Of a stretch of DNA of 64,000 nucleotides, positions 27,101 to 40,781 are shown in pieces. Below the pieces are notes generated by a model that did not search any database, had not been told where the DNA came from, and saw only the letters and a program-made list of their open reading frames with translations. The position numbers were made by a program, and so were the translations under genes. Source of the stretch: the human T2T-CHM13v2.0 reference genome, Homo sapiens; the NCBI RefSeq assembly GCF_009914755.1, contig NC_060947.1; one strand, written 5' to 3'. Position 1 is the first letter of the stretch. Every line of letters starts with the position of its first letter.

Positions 27101-30100
27101 AGGAGGCCACATGCCTGCGCTTGGAGAAGGAAGCCCTGGAGGGCAGCCTGTTTGAGGTGCAAGGGCACCTGGTTCAGCTCGAGGCCCGCTGGGATCAGCT
27201 GGAAGCCGATGGGCAGGCCCTGCTGTTGGCCAAGGAGACCCTGACTGGGGAGCTGGCGGGCCTGCAGCAGCAAATAATAGCTACAAAGGAGAAAGCCAGC
27301 CTAGACAAGGAGCTGATGGCCCAGAAGCTGGTGCAGGCTGAGCAGGAGGCCCAGGCCTCTCTGAGGGAGCAGCGGGCAGCCCATGAGGAGGACTGGCAGT
27401 GAGTCCAGCGCGAAAAGGAGGCAGCATGGCGGGAGCTGGAAGCCAAGCGGGCCCAGCTGCAGAGTCAGCTGCAGTGCGAGCAGGAGGAGCTGCTGGCCCG
27501 ACTGGAGATCGAGAAGGAAGAGCTGAGCGAGGAGATTGCTGCCTTGCAGCAAGAGCGCGACGAGGGCCTCCTCCTGGCCGAGAGCAAGAAGCAGCAAGCC
27601 TTGTCTCTGAAGGGGTCTGAAAAGACTCTGTCAGAGAAGTTGTCAGAGAAGTTGATGGGTACGCGGCACAGCCTGGCCACCATCTCCCTGGAGATGCAGC
27701 CACAGAAACTAGATGCCCAGAGCTGGCAGGAGCAGGACCGGAGCACTGTGAACGCTCTGATGTCCAAGCTGAGGGACCTATGGGCCCAGCTGGAGGAGGC
27801 TGATGTGGCCCACGCCCAGGAAGTGAGGAGGCTGCAAGAGCAGGCCCGAGACCTGGGCAAGCAGCAGGACTCCTGTCTTCGAGAGGCAGAAGAGCTTCGG
27901 ACCCAGCTGCACGTGCTGGAGGATGCCCGCGACCGGCTTCGGCGGGAGCTGCTGGAGGCCCAGCGCAAGCTGCGTGAGAGCCAGGAGGGCCTCGAGGTGC
28001 AGCGCCAGGAGGCGGGCAAGCTGTGGCGCAGCCTGGGCGAGGGTGCCAAGGAGCGTGAGGCACTGCAGGCCGCCGTGAAGAAGGCAGAGAGCGAGCGCAT
28101 CAGCCTGAAGTTTACCAATGAGGACAAGGAGCAGAAGCTGGCACTCCTAGAGGGCAAGGAGGCTGGGGAGCTTTGGACTGGGCTGCAGGAGGTGGAGCGC
28201 TCACGGCTGGAGGCTTGGAGGGAGCTGCAGGAGCTCCGGCGTCAGATGAAGATGCTGGACAGTGAGAATACCAGAGTGGGCCGCGAGTTGGCGGAGCTGC
28301 AGGGCCGCCTGGTGCTGGGCTAGCAGGCAGAGAAGGAGAGCCGGCGGGAGATCCTGCGCCTCCGGCAGAGGCTGCTGAAGGGCGAGGACAGCCTGGAGGC
28401 GACGCGGCAGGAGCTCCAGGTAGCCCAGCGGAAGCTGCAGGAACAAGAAGGCGAGTTCCGGACCCGCGAGCGAGGCCTGCTGGGCTTCCTGGAGGAGGTG
28501 CGCGGCACCGAAAAGCAGCAGCTGGACCACGCCCGCGGCCTGGAGCACAAGCTGGAGGCGGCGCGGGCCGAGGCTGCGGAGCTGGGCCTGTGGCTGAGCG
28601 CGGCCGAGAGCCGGGCACAAGACCTGGAGGCCGAGCTGGCCCGCGTGGAGGTGCAGCGGTGCGCGGTGGAGGCCCAGCTGGGCGGCCTGCGCTCGGTTCT
28701 GTGCCGGGGCCTCGCCCTGGGTCGCGCGCCCAGCCCAGTCCAGCCCCGCCACCAATGCCCGGCTCCCCTGCCCGGGACGCGCCCGCTGGAGGAAGCGGGG
28801 AAAGGCTAGGCCGCCCCAGCACCTTAGAATGCAGCCCTGGGTCCCAGCCACCATTTCCAGGACCTACCACCTCCCCGGCTCCTCTAGACCTGGACCCAGA
28901 GGCAGTGCGCGGGGCCCTCCGGGAATTTCTGCAGGAGCGGCGGAGCGCCCTGAGAGAACAGGACGAACTTCGGACCCAGAGTGCCCTGAATCGCCAACTG
29001 GCCAAGATGGAGGCTGAGAGGGACACCACAACCTCGAAGGCCAGGCAGCTGCAGAAGGCCAGAGTGGCTACAGTGGCTGAGAGTGAGAAAGCCCTGCGCA
29101 GTGTGGATGGACGGCTGAGCCGGGTCCAGGAGGAGCTGGCGCTGCAGGAGGAGAGTGTGCGGCGCAGTGAGCGGGAGCGCCAGGGCCACAGTGGACTAGG
29201 TGGCCGCACTGGAGAGAAGCCTGCAGGCCACTGAGAGCGAGCTCCGGGCCAGTCGGGAGAAGATCAGCAAGATGAAGGCCAACAAGAGGAAGCTGGAGGG
29301 CGACAAGTGGTGCCTGAAGGAGATGCTGGACGCCTCCGAGGGCCTCACCGTCAAGCTGGAACTGCAGCGGCCCTCGCTTGAGGGGGAGCCGTAGCGCAGC
29401 CACCTGGGCCTGAGCGGCCACGAGGCCCAAGCCCAGGCCCTCCAGAATCGGATGGACTCCCTGCAGAGACAGGTGGCAGACAGCGAGGTGAAGGCAGGAA
29501 TCCTGCAGCTGACAGTGGAGTGGCTGAATGGGGCCCTGGCCAAGGTGGAGGAAAGGGAGGGGCTCCTGCACGTCAAGGTGCGGGGCCTGACAGAGGCCCT
29601 GGCCTAGAGCAGCGCCAGCCTCAACAGCACCCAGGACAAGAACCTGCATCTGCAGAAGGCTCTGACCGCCTGTGAACATGACTGCCAAGTGCTCCTGGAA
29701 CGGCTGGACGCTGCCAGGCAGACATTGTCTGAGGCAGGGAAGCAGAGCAGCTCCCTTGGCGAGCAGGTGCAGACGTTGCCAGGCGAGGTGGCTGACCTGG
29801 AGCTGCAGTGGGCCGAGGCCGAGGGCCAGCTACAACAGCTTCAGGAGGTGCTGCAGCAGTGGCAGGAGGGCGAGGCTGCAGTCCTGCACACGGTCCTGAA
29901 GCTGCAGGACGAGCAGAGGATGCTGCAGGAAAGCCTGGGCAGCCTGCAGCGCACCCTGGCTCAGCTGGAAGCCGAGAGGCGGGAGGTGGAGCGCTCAGCC
30001 CTGCAGCTGGAGAAGGACCCTGGGGCCCTCAGGAGGGCACTGGACAAGGTGGAGCGAGAGAAGCTTCGCAGTCATAAGGACACAGTGCCGCTGAGCCCAG

Positions 30101-30978
30101 AGAAGGGCCGCCTGACCTGGACCCTCATGGGGGCTGAGCTGGAGCTGGCCGAGGCCCAGAGGCAGATCTAGCAGCTAGAGGCGCAGGTGGTGGCGCTGGA
30201 GCAGAGCCACAGCCCAGCCCAGCTGGAGGTGGACGCACAGCAGCAGCAGCAGCTGGAGCTGCAGTAGAAGGTGGAGCGCCTGTGCAGTGCCCAGGCACAG
30301 GCTGAACGTACCCTGGAGGCATGGGAGCGGGCCCACCGCCAGAGGGTGCACTAGCTGGAGGAGCAGGTGTCCACACTGAAGGGACCAAAGTTGCAGCAGG
30401 AGCTTCAAGGAGCTCAGCACCCTTCTCCCACCCTCAGGCCCCCCCAGAGAAATAAGCCCCTGCTGGCATCTGGAGAATGGCCCTGTGCCCGGGACAGGGG
30501 AGGGCCCTCCTCTTGGACACCCCACCCAGAGCATGGTCCCTTGGGGGCCTCGAGCTGAGGTGGAATGAGGAGGAGCCCCACTGGCAGTGCTGAGGAGAGG
30601 TACTCCAGCTCCAGGCCTGGAGAGCCTTCCCGGCATCGCCTGCGGACCCCACCTCAGTCCAGCCCCCTCTTCCAGGATGAGCCATTGTAGATCATAGAAG
30701 GTCTTCCTTGAGAGGTTGAGCCAGGGTTCGGGAGAGCCCTTGTCTCTGGTCAGCCTTGGAGCATGGGCTCGTGGGAAAGAGGAAGGGGACGGGGCACAGG
30801 GCAAGGATCAGAGGCCCAGGCTTCCAGAGATCTCTCCGCCTTAGTTCAGAGTGTGTGTCAGGAAATTCCTCAGAGAGCTCAGAGCCCCTACCCTGTATTT
30901 TTATACCTTTTTACAATGTTAACAGTTCAAAACTGTTTTCTGTGACAAGAAGACCTCCTTTTCTAAAAAAAAAAAAAA
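24166..30978 (+). pseudogene. CROCCP1: Processed rootletin (CROCC) pseudogene, full length
   Basis: Intronless homology from ATG 24487 (MSLGL*..LTLETVI.TLE) to PPEK-stop at 30453-30455, then 3'UTR and A14 tail (30965-30978). Stop at codon 6 (24502-24504) plus many other stops and frameshifts. CROCC origin is secure; the P1 symbol is from memory. Confidence 0.9.
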
Positions 30979-31629
30979 GTCTCAATAAATATATGGGCAA
31001 TTATAAAAGACAGCATTATTGTAACAACCATTTGTAACTCTACTTTTTGACTTGTGCATGACTTAAGAGACTAACACATTTTTAAAATTATTAGTCTAAA
31101 AGCTTGTATTATTATAACTTTGGTTTGTAACTCCACACTTTGTTTCCCACATAACTTTAAGAGATGAATGAATTTAAAAGAATTAGTAGTTTATGTTCTT
31201 GGGAATACAGTGTGTAAGGATGTAAGCCTGTGATGTCAACAACTGAAAGGAGTGAAAACCAAGTTGTAAATAAACAGAGTTTTTATATGTTATTGAGGTT
31301 AAACTAGTATAAATTCAAATTAGAGTGTTATAACTTTAGGATGTTAAATGTAATCCCCATGGTAAGCACGAAGAAAATAACTACAATATGTACAAAAGGA
31401 AATGAGAAAAGAATAAACTGCTCACTGCAAAAGAGTCAACACAAAAGAAGACAGTAATGCAAGCAATGAGGTCCCCCAAAACTATAAAGAATATTAAAAA
31501 TGAGTGCCAAAATATCAGAAGTCCTTCCTTATCCTTAATTACTTGAAATGTAAATTGATTATACTCTCCAATCAAAAGGCAGAAATTAGCAGAATGGATA
31601 AAAACACATGATCCAAATATATTCTTTCT

Positions 31630-32588
31630 ACTATCAACAGAGTAAACAGACAACGTACATAATGGGAGAAAATATTTGCAAACTATGTATCTGACAAAGA
31701 TCCAATATCCAGAATCTATAAGGAACCTAAACAAATCAACAAGCAAAAACTAAACAACCTTGTTAAAAATGGGCAAAGGACACAAACACATTTCTCAAAA
31801 TAAGACATACGAGCATCCAACAAGCATACGAAAAAATGTTCAATATTACTAATCATTAGGGAAATGCAAATTAAAACCATAATGAGATACCATCTCGCAC
31901 CAGTCAGAATGACTATTACCAAAAAGTCAAAAAATAACAAATGCTGGTGAGGATGCAGAGTAAAGGGAACGTTTATATACTGCTGGTGGGAATGTAAATT
32001 AGTTCAGCCACTGTGGAAAGCAGTCTGAAGATTTCTCAAAGAACTTAAAATAGAACTGCCATTTGATCCAGCAATCCCATTACTAGGTATGTACCCAAAG
32101 GAATATAAATCATTCTGCCATAAAGACACATGTATGGGTATGTTCATTCCAGCACTATCCACCATAGTGCCTAAATGCCCATCAATGGTAGACCGGATAA
32201 AGAAAATGTGGTACATTTACACCATGGAATACTACACAGCTATAAAAAGAATGAGATCATGGCCTTTGCAGCAATGTGGATGGATCTGGAGGCCATTATC
32301 CTAAGTGAATTAACACAGGAACAGAAAACCAAATACTGCATGTTGTCATTTATAAATGGGTGCTAAACACTGAGTACACATGGACACAAAGAAGGGAACA
32401 ATAGACACTGGGGCTTATTTGAGGATAGGTAGTGGGAGCAGGGTGATGATCAAAAATCTACCTATCACGAGTTATGCTGATTACCTCGGTGACAAAACTA
32501 TATGTGCACCAAACCCCTGTGACACACAATTTACCCATGCAAAATACCTGAACACGTACCCCTTGAACCTAAAATAAAAGTTGAAAAC
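31630..32588 (+). mobile_element. L1PA15/16-like 3' fragment, followed by (TA)n/(TG)n to about 32665
   Basis: ORF2 C-terminus and 3'UTR ending GAACCTAAAATAAAAGTT. Confidence 0.8.
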
Positions 32589-33654
32589 TATATGTATTTA
32601 TATATATATGTATGCATAAAATATGTGTGTATGTATATATATGTGTGTGTGTGTGTGTATACATGTCTACTTTCTAAAGGAGACTCATTTTAGATCCAAA
32701 GACGCAAATGGATTGAAAGTGAAAGGATGGAAAACTATATGGTATGCAAATAGTAAACAAAAGAGAGCAGGAGTGATTATACTAATATCATACAAAATAG
32801 ACTTTAAATCAAAAAAAGATTCAAGAGACAAAGCCATTATAATAAATAAATGGTTCAATACAGCAAGAAGATATAACAATTATATACACAATTATAATAA
32901 CAGACCATCAAAATATATGAAGCAGATATTGACAGAATTGAAGGGAGAACTAGACAGTTCTGCAATAATAGTTGGAGACTTCAATATCCCACACTCAATA
33001 ATGGATAGAAGAACCAGACAGAAGAGAAATAAAGAAATAGACAATTAGTTGTAGTTTATTATTAACACAATAAACCAACTAATTCTAACAGACATACACA
33101 GGCCACTCTACATAACAACAACACACACATTCTGCTAAAGTGCACATAGGACATATTCCAGGATAGATTACATGTTAAGCCACAAACTTAGTCCTAATAG
33201 ATTTTAAAGGATAGATATAATTCAAAGTATTCTCCAATTACAACATGATGAAGTTAGAAATTAATAACAGTAGTAAAACTGGAAAATTGACAAATTTGTG
33301 AAAATTGAGACATTCTTAAACAATCGATGGATCAAAGAAGAAATCACAAGGAAAATTTAAAAATACTCAGAGGTGAAAGAAAAGACTATGCTTTGGGGAA
33401 AAGACATTCTTTTCAACAAATGGTGCTGGGAAAACTGGATGTCTTATGTGAAAGAATGAAGATGGAACCTTACCTAACATCGTACACACAAATTAATTCA
33501 AAGTGGATCAAAAACTTAAATGTAAGACCTAAAACCATAAGACATTTAGAAGAAAACAGGGTAAAACATCACAATATTGGATTTGCCAATTATTTGATGG
33601 ACATGAAACCAAAGGCACAGACAACAAAAGAAAAAATAGACAAATTGGACTTCA

Positions 33655-34141
33655 GAGATCCTGTCATTTGCAACAACATGGATGGAACTGGAGGAAATTA
33701 TGTTAAGTGAAATAAGCCAAGCACAGAAGGACAAACTTCATGTGTTCTCACTCATTTGTGGGAGCTAAAAACGAAAACAACTGAACTCACGAAGATCAAG
33801 TATAGAAGGGTGGTTACCAGAGGCTGGGAAGGGTAATGGGGAGCAGGGAGGAAAAGTGGGGATGATTAATGGGTACAAAAATATACTTAGATAGAATGCA
33901 TAAGTTCTAGTATTTGGTACCACAACAGGGCGACTACAGTCAACAATAATTTATTGTACATTTTAAAATAACTAAAATAGTACACTTGGAATGTTTATAA
34001 CACTAATAAATAACAAATGCTTGAGGTGATGGATACCCCATTTATCCTCGCATGATTATTACACATTGTATACCTCTATCAAAATATCTCATATACTCCA
34101 TAAATATATACACCTACTAGGTACCCATAAAAATTTAAAAA
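33655..34141 (+). mobile_element. L1MA 3' end fragment
   Basis: L1MA-type 3'UTR (GGGTACAAAAATATA...GACTACAGTCAACAATAATTTATTGTAC). Confidence 0.8.
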
Positions 34142-35269
34142 TGTGTGCATCAAAATACACTATGAGCAGAGTAAAAATGCAACCTACAGAATGGGAGAAA
34201 ATATTTGCAAATCACATATCTGATAAGAGAGTAATATGAAGACTATATAGAGAATACATACAACTCAACAACAACAAAAACCTGATTCCAAAATGGATGA
34301 AGGACTAAAATAGACAACTCTCCAAAGAAGATATACAAATGGCCAATAAGCACATGAAACGATGCCCAAAATCGTTAGGAAAATGCAAATTAAAACTACA
34401 ATGAGACCCAATAAGATGGCTACTATCAAACAAACAGAAAACCACAAATGTTGACAAGGATGTAGAGAAGTTAAAACTTTTGTGCACTGTTGGTGGGAAT
34501 GTAAAGTGGTATAGCTACTGTGGAAAACAGTGTAGCAGTTCATCAAAAAATTAAAAGCAAAATGACCATATGATCCAGCATTTCCATTTCCAGTATATGC
34601 ACCCAAAAGAATTAAAAACACGGTCTCAAAGAGATATTTGTACACCTATGTCATAGCTTTATTCACAAAATCTAAACAGTGGAAGCAATTCAAGTCTCCA
34701 TTGATGAATGTATTTATGACTGTATTCAATTCCAATGAACTATACACTTAAAATGGTTAAGGTGATAAATTTTATGTTATGTGTGTTTTACCACAGTAAA
34801 AACAACTGAAAAAAAAAAGGACCAGGGATTCTTGGAGAAATCACTGATAAAGTGGCATTTTTAAATTCTGACAAAATAAATTTTTAAAACCACCCATTAA
34901 ACATGAGAGAGGGGTTGTTTATACTCACAAAACATATCCATAAGGCAGATATATAGTCAAACTTTTATGCATCTTATAACAGCAGTGAAATAACAGACCA
35001 AGTAGTATATTACTACTATATAAGTAGTAATGGATGAAACCACAATTATGATGAAGACTTCAAAGCATGTCAATTAATAACATCCATAATCATGATGACA
35101 ATAGTAAGTACAGTATACTAGGTCCTAATTAAATTCCAGGTACTTTAATAGAACTTCAATTTTTAAGAATCATTTCAGGCATCAAGACAGATTTGACACA
35201 ACAGCCTTAGCTTTCCAACCCCTGCTCAAGATCATTGTCTTATTTCCTTTTCTTCATTGCATGTAATCC

Positions 35270-35817
35270 TGTGTCAGCCCATTCTCACATTGTTATAAAG
35301 AAATAATTGAAGCTGGGTAATTTATAAAGAAATAATTGAAGCTGGGTAATTTATAAAGAAATAATTGAAGCTGAGTAAATAAATAATTTATGAATAATAA
35401 AGTAATAATTTATAATTTAATAATATTTATGAAGAAATAATTGAAGCTGGGTAATTTATAAAGAAAAGAGGTTTTATTTGGCTCATAGTTCTGCAGCTGT
35501 ACAGGAAGCATGGTGCTGACATCTGCTTTTGGTGAAGGCCTCAGAAAGCTTACAATCATGGCAGAAGGTGAAGGGCAGCCAGCGTGTCACATGGTGAGGG
35601 AGAGAAAGAAAGAGTGAGGAGGTGCCATGCTGTTTTTAACGAACCAAATCTCAGGTAAACTCCAAGTGAGAACTCACTCATTATCGCGAGGGCAGCACCA
35701 AGCCATTCATGAGGGATCCGCCCTCAAGACCCAACACCTCCCACCAGGCCCCACCTCCAAATTGGGAATCATATTTCAACATGAGATTTGGAGGGGACAA
35801 ATATCCAAATCATATCA
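35270..35817 (-). mobile_element. MST MaLR solo LTR with internal 29-bp tandem amplification
   Basis: MST reverse-complement text TG...CAAATCATATCA. Confidence 0.85.
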
Positions 35818-35879
35818 ATCCCTAAATGAGCTGAAGGACATCTAACATCAGCACATCTGCAACCCATTCACAGCATACC

Positions 35880-37250
<1,371 letters not shown>

Positions 37251-37639
37251 CCACTTTGAGGCTTATGTGCACCAGATCTGGAGACGTTTTTAGTAAAATA
37301 TCAAGTGAAGTCTTAATGGATTGCTCAACAATTTTATTCCTAGAAAACAAGTCATTAATTACCCACACCTAAGCATTATCGTTGGCCAGATCACCCATTC
37401 ATTGAATTTAACAACATTTAATCTGCCTTTAATATATGCCAGGCACTCTTCTAAGTGCTTTGTGATGCATTAAGGAGAAAAGCAGACCAAAATACGTTCT
37501 GGCATAACAAATTAGGTAGGTAAATATAAGATGAAAAAGGCTATGGAAAAATAAAAACAGCATAAGGGGGACTCAAAATTGAAGTCAGATTGTAACTTTA
37601 AATCATGCTTTTAACATGCTGACTCTGCTGCTTCTTCAG

Positions 37640-39111
37640 TTAAATTCTTTTCCTCTGATGGTGCCTTCAGGGCTGCCCCAGGCCTCTGCCATCTTATAAT
37701 TCACTCTTGGTAATAGAAAACAAGGAATTTAAGGTGAATTGTTGTGTCTCCAGGAACACCCTACCTACAGTAACTTGCCAGGTTTAGCATGCTTTTTAAT
37801 TGATAAGGCACTTCACTAAAGTGGGCTCATGGTCCAAGTGAACCAGCCAGTATCTTAATTGAATTTACTAGAAAAGTCATATGTAAAAAAAGTTTAGGTT
37901 TACTAAGCTAAGCTTTTCAATTAAACTAGACTCTTTACTGCCCAAAGAGGAGAAGATGAACAGAGAATAAGTGTTTTATTATTACAACCTTTGCACCGGT
38001 GTGATAGAAACTGCCCTCCAAATATAACAGGATTGAATCCTCTCAACCATGGCCATATTGACGATATCATATCTTTGAGGTATGTATCCATCAGGAAGTT
38101 TCAGAGAATCCAAGGTGAAAAAGATACTATCATCTATCACCCCATGTCTTCCATGTAGACTAGTAATGCAGGCCTGTAATTATAAATGGTGGAAATGACT
38201 ATGTAAAAGCATAGTACACTTTAATGGGCTCTGCACCTCCTCACTCTGGCTCTAATCTTCAAGTCACTCCATCTTCTTCAGTGATTCCCAACATGGTTGG
38301 CACACGGGCAACACCAGGGGTACTTTGTAAAAATAATTATGCCCAGATTGCATTTTAAGCCAACTAAATCAGAGTCTCTGGGGATGGGGCCTAGGTCTCT
38401 GCTGAGAAGCTCTGTGCTGAATACTACATAGAATATCCATAAACCTCTGTAGTAAAGGTTGAGAGAGTGAAAGGGGTTGAATGAGAAAGGAATGTGGCAG
38501 TAAGTAGACTATCATTTTTTCCCTGCTTCCTCTGTCACTTTCCAAGCTCACTATTTCATCTGTACCTTTGTTAAAAATGAATTTCTTTCTCATTTTCAGG
38601 CTCTACTATCCAAATGATACCCAGCATTTACTGGAAAACTCAAATCCCACAACCCACTCCATTCATTCTCTCCCAACAATTTTCTGGCATACAGCATTTT
38701 CTGTCACACAGTTTTTCTTCCTGTTGTTCTCAGAACATCCTAATAACATTAAAATACCAAATATACTATACAACTTAGAACTTACTTATGTACATGTTCT
38801 ACATGATTTTCTAATCATTTTCTTTTGGGAGTCCTGCCATTTCAGTAAGAAAACAGGCTACTTTTGATAAAAAACAAATATGTTTTCTCATATTTTCTAG
38901 ATTTCCTAGCACACCCAATAGACTTCTGGGCATAAAAATTATCACTAAAGGAAGGTTTCGAAGAAACTAATGACAAGTGCAACATGGAAACAAATTACCT
39001 CGTCCACATATTTACAGCTCATGGGCTTCACTGAGCATGGCTTGATGTTTAAGGTGCCTGGCTGCATGTAATACTCAACTTCTAACCAGTCACCGTTATA
39101 AGGCAAGAGAC
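37640..39111 (-). pseudogene. Unprocessed CT55 (CXorf48)-like gene fragment: exons 39111-38999, 38173-37989 and degenerate 37705-37640
   Basis: Hand translation gives LLPYNGDWLEVEYYMQPGTLNIKPCSVKPMSCKYVDE | [61 protein letters not shown] | SEL*DGRGLGQP*RHHQRKRI*. This is colinear with the C-terminal half of CT55 as I recall it. The first two exons have AG/GT borders and compatible phase. Confidence 0.85.
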
Positions 39112-39419
39112 CTAAAACAACCATGGAGAAATTTGAGTGTCATTATCTATTAATTGAGGTTATGTTAAATTTCACGTTACTTTGACATTGTAATACCCTA
39201 AAATAGCTTTTAGTAGATCCAAGGTACATTTCGCACATGTTTAAACAGACACCTTGTAAATCTGTCAGAAAGGAAGTTTATAATCCTTTAGGCATTGATT
39301 CTCCTTTACTGATTTAACAAAGTTAAATGGAGAAAGTGTGAACTTTTCATCACAGCCAATCTAAGGGAGAAGCACAGGATTTATTAAACAATTGGTCATG
39401 TTCACAACTCCTTAGTGAG

Positions 39420-39675
39420 AGGCAGTCAAGTACACAGGTAAGAGCAAAAGTTGGAACCTGGCTACCTGCGTTAAAATCTTGACAGTGTCACTTACTCAAT
39501 TTGCAACCTTAGTCAAAGCGCTTAATCTCTCTGTTCCTCGGTTTCTTCATCTATAAAATGAGAAGCACAATAATAGTCCTCACGACATAAAAGTGTTGTG
39601 ATAATTAATTGGTATATTTAGAGCTCAGAGAATAATGCCTGGCACTAGTAACCACCAAATAAATGTTGATTGGTA
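39420..39675 (+). mobile_element. MIR SINE
   Basis: CTTAATCTCTCTGTTCCTCGGTTTCTTCATCTATAAAATGAG core. Confidence 0.8.
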
Positions 39676-39820
39676 TTAGTGGTAGAAATAACTATGTAAA
39701 AGCATAGTACACTGTAACTGGCTCTGCACCTCCTTACTCTGGCTCTAACCTGATACTAGGAAATATTGCTACTGTAAGAATGAATCAATTCCCTAGGTGT
39801 TTTGTTCAGTTGATAAACTC

Positions 39821-40176
<356 letters not shown>

Positions 40177-40689
40177 TGAACTCTTAGATAGGTATATTAC
40201 GTGTTACAGTTATAAACAAGTAGTTTCAAATAGAATTTTACAATAAGTTAAAAGTGAGTTGCAGGATATAAATGTCAAGGATCTGGAGGAACTAGAAATT
40301 TCAAACACTGCAGGTGGGAGTGGAAATGGTCACACCATGTTGGAAAACTGGCAACATCCGCAATGTTAAACATTTCCTTAACTTACTATCCAACATTATA
40401 AATGACACAAGACACACGTCTGGGACCATTTCTCTTTTAATATACATACCTTTCTTTGGTGTGACTTTATATAATATCTGGGGGATGATAACTTCAAAAT
40501 ATGTACACCTCCAGCATTAACCAATCTCAGATTCAATTATCCACATGTCTACGCAAGTTTAATATGTCTAAAGCTGAGTTCTTGCTATTCTTCTTATGCA
40601 CCCAATTTGGCTCCTCTCAGTTCTCCACGTCTCAAATTGGCAATTCCATCCTTACCACTTCTCAAACAAAAAACTTTGCAGTTACTGGC

Positions 40690-40747
40690 AGGAATAAGTG
40701 ACATCAGCAAGATAGCGGAGTAGGAGTTCCAGCCTTTTTTCCTCCAA

Positions 40748-40781
<34 letters not shown>

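Larger units (their letters stand above)
22400..34820 (+). mobile_element. Old L1 (L1MB-like) with 5'UTR, ORF1, inter-ORF, ORF2 pieces and 3' end; host to the CROCC retrocopy and two younger L1s
   Basis: ORF1-like sequence at about 23270-24130. The host breaks at 24165 (GAAATAAAGAT) and resumes at about 30979 (CTCAATAAA). Endonuclease motif IIVGDFNIP in ORF 32623-33048. Confidence 0.8.

Noticed and set aside
24354-30804. Long antisense and off-frame ORFs (up to 365 aa), and CROCC as a functional gene
   Set aside because: These are shadow ORFs of CAG/CTG/GAG-rich coiled-coil codons. The sense frame has a stop at codon 6 and many later lesions.
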